In this document: one piece after another, positions 55,480 through 64,000 of the stretch | How the letters are laid out: each line of letters begins with the position of its first letter | How positions within the stretch are numbered: position 1 is the first letter of the stretch | Assembly: GCA_051362555.1 (NCBI GenBank) | Contig: CM120649.1 | Span: 18,056,567-18,120,566, forward strand | Source: Lingula anatina | Lineage: Eukaryota; Animalia; Brachiopoda | Length of the DNA: 64,000 nt | Direction of reading: 5' to 3' | Notes under the pieces: generated by a model | The model's input: only the letters and a program-made list of their open reading frames with translations | Database searches by the model: none | What the model was told of the DNA's origin: nothing | Program-made: the position numbers and the translations under genes

Positions 55480-56010
55480 AAAGATGTGTGACGTTTGCCG
55501 AGTGATGGCTTTCCACAGAAGGTCCAAAGATAGCATGAGATCATTTTTGCAGGGTTATCCCTCAGTATTCCATTTCCAAGGATGTCCAACGCATTCTCAC
55601 TGGGGTTCTGATCTATTGTGGGTGTCTTGATCTGGTTCGCATGTAACCGGCCTAAGCTACTGTTGCATTGACTGTACGTGGCGTACCACTATCATGTTGA
55701 AACATATCTGGGTGGTCACGATCCCCAAAGATATTCTCGACAATTCTTTCAAAGTTTATTTCTGGTACTTGGATGCATTGCTCTGCGTTAAAGTGCTCGT
55801 TGGCCATTACCAGTTCGCCTGCACCATAGTAGTCAGTTCAACCCATTGCATATTTGATATTGGCTGCAACAAATCGACCGGATACATAATATGTGAAAGA
55901 TTCATTTTACCCTTTTTACCCTTACCAATCACTTTTGACAACCTGTGTTCTTCTGAGAACAACATCATTGTCCAGATGTTGTTCATTATATATTTGGGGA
56001 AACGGTGAAA
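55480..56010 (-). mobile_element. Degenerate Tc1/mariner transposase relic
   Basis: Minus-strand translation gives WTMMLFSEEH (~W..VLFSDE), GAGELV...FNAEQ, MFQHDSG (~FQQDNA), DQNPSENAL (~DLNPIENLW), with stops and frameshifts. Confidence 0.65.
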
Positions 56011-59000
56011 GCAAAACAGAACTCCCTTCTAGATATCTATTGCCTTTAAAATTATATTAAAAGAGAATTTAAATGATCCTGCTAATTAAATTAAATATAA
56101 TAATATAAGCTAATAAAGGTTAATTAAAGCACTAGATATATGCAATTCCAGAGACTGAAACGAAGGGTGTATCAACCAAATAAAATGGATCACCAACAGA
56201 ATAAACAATATCATAAATAAAGCAGAACACACATTTTATTTTACGTGATTAATTCGTAATGATTTTTGGGATGCACGAAGGCATGTACACGAGCTCATAT
56301 TTACAAGCGCTAATGTATACCAATGATGAACCATTATGACAATCATTTTGCATTGAAGTGTTACACTTTTTTTATCAAATGTGTATGTAATGTTTTAAAA
56401 AAAGCATTCAATTACACCTTGACCTTCCTCAGTGTGTGTTGTTATGAGACTGAAAACCACTCCGTAATATCACGTGTACTTCGCTTATTGTATTGTTTTT
56501 TTTTTTAAATTTTGATGGTACCAACCACTTCAAATATCAGTATTTGTAATTGTGATATTCCGATAAATTACAACAATCTGTTGATTAGCATCATTCTGAA
56601 ATAAAATTAAATTATGTGTAATTGTGTTTTGGCGTCTTCACTTTATGTGGCAATCGAACTTTAGTAGCGTTCGAGGTTATGATTATATATCCAGACACGC
56701 GAATATTGCGTTGTGTCTGCTAATTAAGGCTTCGAGTTAGCAGGTGGGTGCAATCGCTGTGCTTGCGTGCAGTCGCAATTTGCGATGGTTTCGAGTTACG
56801 GGAGCCCGGGGAAACCGTAACTCGAAAACATCCCGTACTGCGAATAGCGATATCACATAGTAGAGGCTACAATGAATTATATGGGGCGAGTATGGGCGAG
56901 TAATTGAATCGAGACGCTTGCGCTCGGTCGCAATGCGCGACGCTTTTGAGTTACAGATCCCTGCAGCACAACCACGAGTGCGTCTGTGGATCTTTAAGCA
57001 CCACTAACAATCTGATACCAGGCGCGGTGCTGGGGAGACAAATGTTACGTTTTCAAACAGTGTGTTCGTTTTTTAGCTTTTCATTTTGTTAGCCCGTAAT
57101 AGCGTCATGGGTCACGTGATTTCAGGGCAGTGCCTACTTTCTGGGAGGTGTATGGAGGACACATGTTGTACGAAAAGGATTTTGGAGTTTAAATTTTCCA
57201 GCAACTTGCAAGTGTTTATAATGCAAGATTTTTCCGTTTTTTGTTTTTCATTTTTTCATAACCCTAGTAACTCTTCGTTAGTAATTTACTTATTTACAAA
57301 CTAACTATATTTCCAGTGAAAATACATATATTTGCTTTTAAAGACAATGAGCCCTTATAGCATAAAACATGCTCTAAAAAATTCAATGTCGTCAATGATG
57401 AAGTAAAATTCTCCTTTCAAAACATCACACCAGAATTTTTATCCTATAAATTTTGTTTCAAATTTCTCTTGCTCTACAAAATAGTCTTTATGATATACTG
57501 GAACCCCCCCCCCCCCTCCGGTTTGTTTACGAATAAGATGATCACTAAAACGTATGCATCAGGGAGACATTCATGTAGTGTCAAATAAACACAACATTTA
57601 CTATGATACAATGAATATGAAACCCTTTGTTTGAAGAAATGTGAACTAAATACATTAGAGTGCATATTTTATTATCATATTTAACAATTTTTAACAATTT
57701 ACACTTACGTTTTAGGTGTAATATCTGACCGTTGTACACCAAAGTACATGTATTACATACCAACTCGCAAAGGTGCATTTTATATAAGATATAGGTCATA
57801 TATTACTCAAAACTAGTGATACACTGTTCTGTAATAAATAAGACCATCTCAATCTAGGAACACGAAGACAACTCTTCCAGTTGAATTACAGAAAGTACGA
57901 AACACTACTATATATACATTACTCTCACTAAAATAGCCTTTAAAATCCTATAAAATTTTAAAAAACTTTAAATATTGGTCCAGCGACTAGTCGTCTCATA
58001 TTGCTTGAGTGCTTTCGCAACATGCATTATGCATTTTCTGTAGGTAAAATATAACGCCAGTAGTGAATATCTTTTTTTTTTCCTTTCAGGCACCTTTTTA
58101 TAATTAAGATATCTACAGTACAGATTGTAAGAAAGCTATGACATCACTAGGCCATCACTTTAAATCACAAGACCTTGGCCGAACTGCTATATACTCGGAC
58201 TACATGTGTACTAAATAAAATTATTTATAAAAAATAACAACTATTCACCTGATACTTGTACATTATTAACTGGCTCCAAACAATACAACCTAGGCTACAG
58301 ATGAAACAACTTTTGTTGGGTTGATAAAAAAGTACATTGAACACTTTTCCATACATTCCATATAGAATAAGAATTCATATGTTATATTCGTTCCTTAACA
58401 CAGCCAAACCCTGTGCTATGAAAATGAATGTTACTAATATGTACCAAAAAACTTACTTGAAGTTGACATATTGAATATTTGCAATAAATAGCATTATCAA
58501 AACAGAATTATTTATCATGTAATATACGGAATTTTGATTACCAACACACGTTTTTATCTCAATGAATTAGACATAATTTAGTTGTTACCTCGACTTACAG
58601 GGTACAAAACCCTGGAACCACTACAATACACTCTTAATACAACATAAGGATATTATATCGTTTATCAAAATAAATGTTACCATTCATCTATTATATTATA
58701 AATTGCGTCCACAATATGGAACCCTGACTACAGATACAACAGTTTTCAATGCGATAATATGGAATGCATATAACATACTAAACATGTACTTGAAAAATTA
58801 TAATACTTCTGCAGACCTCTTTCATAAATATCATTATTCATTAGATGTACTTGTCTCGTAGAATACGAGATGGATATTGACACAAAGTAAAACTTATACA
58901 ATCGTCTACTAACAAACATATAAACAACTATGAAAAATGATCATGGATTCTTTGTCAAAATGATTGTGACCATTATTATCATATTTGCTTGCGTTTTGAA

Positions 59001-59079
59001 AAATATTAATGACATACATACAAACATGCAGTCTTTAAATGACTCATTTAAACCCCCTTGCAATTGAATACGATGTAAG

Positions 59080-59222
59080 CAGTGTGTGTGCCTGTATGTG
59101 TCTGTGTACGTATGCGTGTGTGTGCTTGGGTGTCAGAGTGTGTGTGTCTGTGTGCCTGCGTATGTGTGTAGATGTGTATGTGTGTGTCTGTGTGTGTATG
59201 TTATGTGTGTATGTGTGTGTAA
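59080..59222. repeat. Degenerate (GT)n microsatellite
   Basis: Visible dinucleotide repeat. Confidence 0.9.
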
Positions 59223-60329
59223 GCGACCTGTTGCCTATAGATTTTGTCACACACTTGAAGACATTTTGGATTACATACTTATTTTTACGTTATCATATAA
59301 GCAGGCAAAATAAAGCGTGGTAAGCTATATTACAGAGAAGAGCTAAGGAAAGTATTTGTCAGAATATATGCACACGAAGAATGTCCTAGACATGTAGACA
59401 TAAATACTGACCTGTTAAAGTGGTTGTGTAGTGAGCCAAGGCTAGAAGATGGATTTGATGGATTTGACTGAAGTTGTAGAATTAGTATTGGATAAGACAA
59501 GAAGTCCCAGTATATGGCAAAAGAAAGTATGTGTGAAGAGTATAATATGGTCTATAAGACAAGCCTACAAGATAAATGTGAGAAAAGTATGAGTGTCAGG
59601 ATGAATTTATTTAATTTACACTAGTATATATACATTAAACAAGGCTTGTTTTGTAGGGGCAAGTAAAGGAGCTCGAGTGTAATTGCGGTGCATGTAATTA
59701 ATAGAAAACAGAAAGGCCTAGAATAATAATACAAAATAATTGTTAAAAATGACTGGCGGGAGTGAAGGGAGAACGGGGAGGGGAGGGAGAACGACAACAC
59801 ATATACGGACTGTATTAAGAGAAGAGAATATAGATTCCCACAGTGTAGTTTGAACTCCTAATTTGCTTCATGACAATGAAGTTAATTTTTTTCAGAAATA
59901 ATAAAGAAGAACACTATGATGTTTAAAGAGGAGTAAATAACACTCTCTAAAATGTGCCGCATAGCGTTCATGAACATCTGATTGACTCTCATATTCGAAC
60001 CCTTAATCTTGTCTGCGTCTTCTTAGGGACTCTATTACAGATAAGTCTGACCTAAGCAATGAGTGGTATGAGAAAGACGTGTCCTTAATATATATGTGTA
60101 TACTAATTGTCTTATTGAAATACAAATAATTAGATTTGAGAAATGAAGGGAATTAAAACATGATTACCCTTTGAGGTGCGTAAAATGTTAGTTTAGAAGG
60201 GTTTCATGAAAGAAAACAAATTAACTCAAGGAAGGACTTGCAAAAGCCAAGATGACTACGTAATTTATCAATGGGCATTGTATCCCCTTGGATTTTTTTG
60301 TACAGATTATCAATAATTTAGAAAGTTCT

Positions 60330-61590
60330 AACAGTGTTTGGGACCAATTGTCTCTCTCACTGCAAGGCATTTATTGTAATAGTCAAGTGCTGCTTTATGC
60401 TCATCAATGTAATGCAGTATACCACCAATATTGTTGTGAAACTGGCAGCGTCAAGGGTCGAGGATTTCCACTCTCACTGCAAGACACTAATTGTGATAAT
60501 CAAGCGCTGCTTTATGCTTACCCAAATCATGCAGTACAATACGAATATTGTTGTAGGTAGTGACAGTATCAGGGTGTTGTGGACCAAGTATTTCCTCACT
60601 CACTACAAGAAATTTATTGAAATAACCATGCGCTGCTTTATCCTCACCCATGGCATGCAGTACACAACCAATATTCATGTAGGATAGGGCAGTATCAGGG
60701 TGTTTTGGACCAAGTATCTCCTCGTTCACTGCAAGACATTTATTGTAATAGTCAAGCGCTGCTTTATACTCAAGCATGTCATGCAGTACAGTACCTATAT
60801 TGTTGTAGGAGGCGGCAGTACCAGGATGTTTTGGACCAAGTATCTCCTCTCTCACTGCAAGACATTTTTTGTGATAATCAAGTGCTGCTTTATACTCACC
60901 CATGGCCTGCAGAACACCACCAATATTGTTATAGCAGGTGGCAGTATCAGGGTGTTTAGGACCAATTATCTCCTTGTTCACTGCAAGACATTTATTGTAA
61001 TGATCAAGCGCTGCTTTATACTCACCCATGGACCCCAGTACATTACCAATATTGTTGTACGATGTGGCAGTATCAGGGTTTTTAGGACCAAGTATCTCCT
61101 CATTCACTGCAAGAGATTTATTGCAATAATCAAGCGCTGCTTTATACTCACCCATGGCATGCAGAACAGCACCAATATTGCTATAGCAGGTGGCAGTATC
61201 AGGGTGTTTGGGACCAAGTATCTCCTCTCTCACTGCAAGACATCTATTGAAATATTCAAGCGCTGCTTTATACTCACCCACCGAATATAGAACATCACCT
61301 ATATTGTTGTAGGATTGGGCAGTATCAGGGTGTTTGGGACCGAGTATCTCCTTTCTCACTGCAAGACTTTTTTTGCAATAATCAAGCGCTGGTTTATATT
61401 CACCCATGGCATGCAGAACAGCACCAATATTGTTATAGCAGGTGGCAGTATCAGGGTGTTTGGGACCAAGTATCTCCTCTCTCACTGCAAGACATTTGTT
61501 GAAATACTCAAGCGCTGCTTTACTCTCACCCATGCCCTGCAGTACACAACCAATATTGATGTAGGAGCTGGTAGTGTCAGGGTGTTTCTT
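60330..61590 (-). repeat. 126-bp tandem TPR-coding repeats (degenerate beyond the stop at 60487)
   Basis: Near-identical 126-nt units; repeat homology continues ~150 nt past the TAG. Confidence 0.9.
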
Positions 61591-63687
61591 CCCTAACATT
61601 TCCCCCTTTTTTTGTGACACTAATTCGAGAATATAGAGAGCATCCTTATAGACATAATTATCTTTGAACAACTTTCCAATCAATTGTAAATTTTCTAAAG
61701 TTTCATGTGCTACTTGCACCTCTTGGATTTCTAATTGCTTGATTAGTAAAGCAGCAGTGTGCTTTACATGAGGTAAAATCACATGTAGTTTATTTGCCTT
61801 TGTGGTACCACAATGCGTGATTTTAAGGTTTTTGATAACTTTTATATAATAGCTGCAATAGGCATCTTGGATTTCAAAAACGTTGAGGCCATAATCACGG
61901 GCTTTGTGTTCTGCATATTCCTTTAGTAAAGGATGGATATCATAGATGTTATCGTCTGCAGTAATGAGAGATTTATTGACAAGGCTGTCTAAGATATGTT
62001 CACAATCTTCTTGTTTTAACTCTAAAATAGTACCGACTTCTTCAAGATTAAAGGCAGCGGGGAATATGTGCAGTGAAAGAAACACCTTCCTTGCTTCCTC
62101 GTTCAGTGTTTCATAAGAAATATCAAAGCAAGTTGTGATTTCATTTGGCATGCTGGGAATGGAAAGAGTTGGTAATGTATTTTGAGTGTGTATCTTTTCT
62201 AATACTGTTTTTGTTGTTTTGGTGTTGAGTAACGCAGCTAGCAGTTTCATTGCAAGGGGGTTATGGCCACATTTTTGTGCCATTTCATCTAAATCCGCCG
62301 ACTCACAGTCCGTGGGATTCGTGGATTTTCTTTCCCAAAGGACTTGACGTGATGCGGTTTTATCAAGTGGAGGAATGTCTAACAGAACTATGTCATGTGT
62401 TGTGAAATCAAACCTTTCACGACTGGTGCATAACAAAGTGATATGATTGGTTGAATCCATTACATCCCTCACAAATTCACAAAACTCGTGTCTGTTTAAA
62501 CTGAGAACAGAGTCGTTATTGTCGAGAATGAGGAGTGTGTCTGAACTTAAACGAGACAAAGTATGTGTGAAAATATTTTGATAATCAGAATATAAATCTT
62601 TCAAATCACGTGTTGGATGATAATGCTGGACAAGTGATAACTTGACAGAATTAAGATCTGTTACTTGTCTCATATCAACGTACAGCACATTAAGCATGTT
62701 TTGCCCGACCTTAACCGCTATACTAGTCTTACCGATACCCCCCATGCCGGTCAGGAGAATGAGTGGAGCTTTTTCACTGATATGTTGCTGTATCGTGGAA
62801 ATGATGTCATCACGTCCCTTAAGATCCGTGTTTCTTCTTGGTAACTTCGTGAGGAGCAGCTGGCAAGGGGTTTCTGAAAAGAATTAAGTTTAATGAGACG
62901 AGCTTAATAAAAAATTGAAGTCATCATTCAATCAGCTGTACTTCTATAACTCCATGATTCTATCTTCATTAATTAGTTCCAGACGAATGGATGACTGTAT
63001 GTGAAAGTTTATAAGCTCGTTGTGTGACAGCGCACATGTTTATGTGTGTTTATTTAGATGCATGTTTATTCATTTAAGGTTTTATAGATGTGAATTATTA
63101 TTCAAGTGTTGCGAAAATCTACCTGAGGCATCCAATGGCTGAATCACTAACTTGTCGTAGTCATCACTAGAGTACAATGTAGACAGAGACAGAAGGGTAG
63201 TTTTCAGACCATTGAACTGCTTCTGGAAATCTGCGTCTGAGAGACCCTCTGTTGCATGAGCGTTCTTATTGCGGTACCTCTTCACCCTAGCGATGTTGGC
63301 TTCAGTCGATTTGTCCGTTGCTCGAGGATTGACCCAACTTGCATTAGAATTCAGGTTTGTGATATTTCTTAATAAAACTACGGTCAGGGTAATATCCAAG
63401 CTCTGCAGTGTCACAGGAGGTGCAGGGCTCTCAGGAGGGTAGAGAATGTTCTTTTGACTAGGGTTCAAAATGTTCCTTCTTTTAAGTTTGAGTAAGGAAT
63501 GTTTCACTGTTTGGTCATTTAGGACACCAGATATGTTCCCATTACTTGATGGTCCAAAGAGACCCGGGTATTTTAACTGTAACTGGTTACTGAGAACATC
63601 TCGAAGTACTAGTATCCCACGATCCAGTAGCAGTTGCATGCGGAAATGGTTTTCTTTCTCCTTACGAGGAATCTCTTCACTGGCCAT
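60487..63687 (-). CDS. NLR-like STAND protein: DZIP3-type HEPN-like N-terminus + NB-ARC + 42-aa TPR array (~980 aa)
   Basis: Exon 63123-63687 (SLDITLTVVLLRN...IARVKRYRNKNAH) spliced phase 1 to 60487-62873; Walker A GMGGIGKT, Walker B LLILDN, sensor TSR, GHNPLA, IHPLL; 8 full + 1 partial HPDTA..YNNIG repeats. Confidence 0.88.
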
Positions 63688-64000
63688 TTCTGAGATCTGC
63701 AAAAAGGCCATAGAGACGTTTGAGGGTTAATCAATACATTTTAAATTTATCGTTATTATATTTAAGGTAAGATAAATACTTTATGAAACAACTACTGACA
63801 GTATTGCAAAGACGTATTTTTAAAAATAAAACTAAGTATTACATCTATGTTGTACTTTTAAATAACTTTTACTTCATACCTGTATGCATGGTGCACGGTA
63901 TTATTATGAAGTGTTTAAGGTTGAAAGTGTGTGCTTTGGGATATAAATGTGTATGTTCTTCTGGTATGAATTGGTTTTATACTCTTTAATAATAAAAATG

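Noticed and set aside
60288-61596. Plus-strand ORFs with repeats
   Set aside because: Antisense of the TPR array

Overview
AT-rich, intron-rich animal genomic DNA, most likely a marine invertebrate (inferred from Rex/Babar and Tc1 relics, F-type lectins and a HEPN-NB-ARC-TPR gene). All recognisable host genes are on the minus strand. (1) A tandem pair of paralogous secreted mosaic genes (~733-10095, 3' end not found; 15345-28478, ~1,440 aa), assembled by hand from GT-AG exons that the ORF track mostly misses. Both encode: signal peptide, Pro/Thr spacers studded with small aromatic Cys loops, an unnamed three-micro-exon Cys-rich module, a furin-type site, a second copy of that module, a PPPTT mucin array (~18 vs ~97 units) and an atypical C-type-lectin-like domain. 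The larger paralog also has two tandem anaphylatoxin-like (C3a/C5a-type) domains. (2) A nested LINE (Rex/Babar inside a CR1/L2-like element) between them. (3) Two tandem choline/ethanolamine kinases. (4) METTL6. (5) Two duplicated secreted F-type lectin + PAN/apple-like genes. (6) An NLR-like HEPN-NB-ARC-TPR gene with hypervariable 42-aa repeats. MITEs, a Tc1 relic and mini/microsatellites are also present. All gene models are manual predictions without transcript support.
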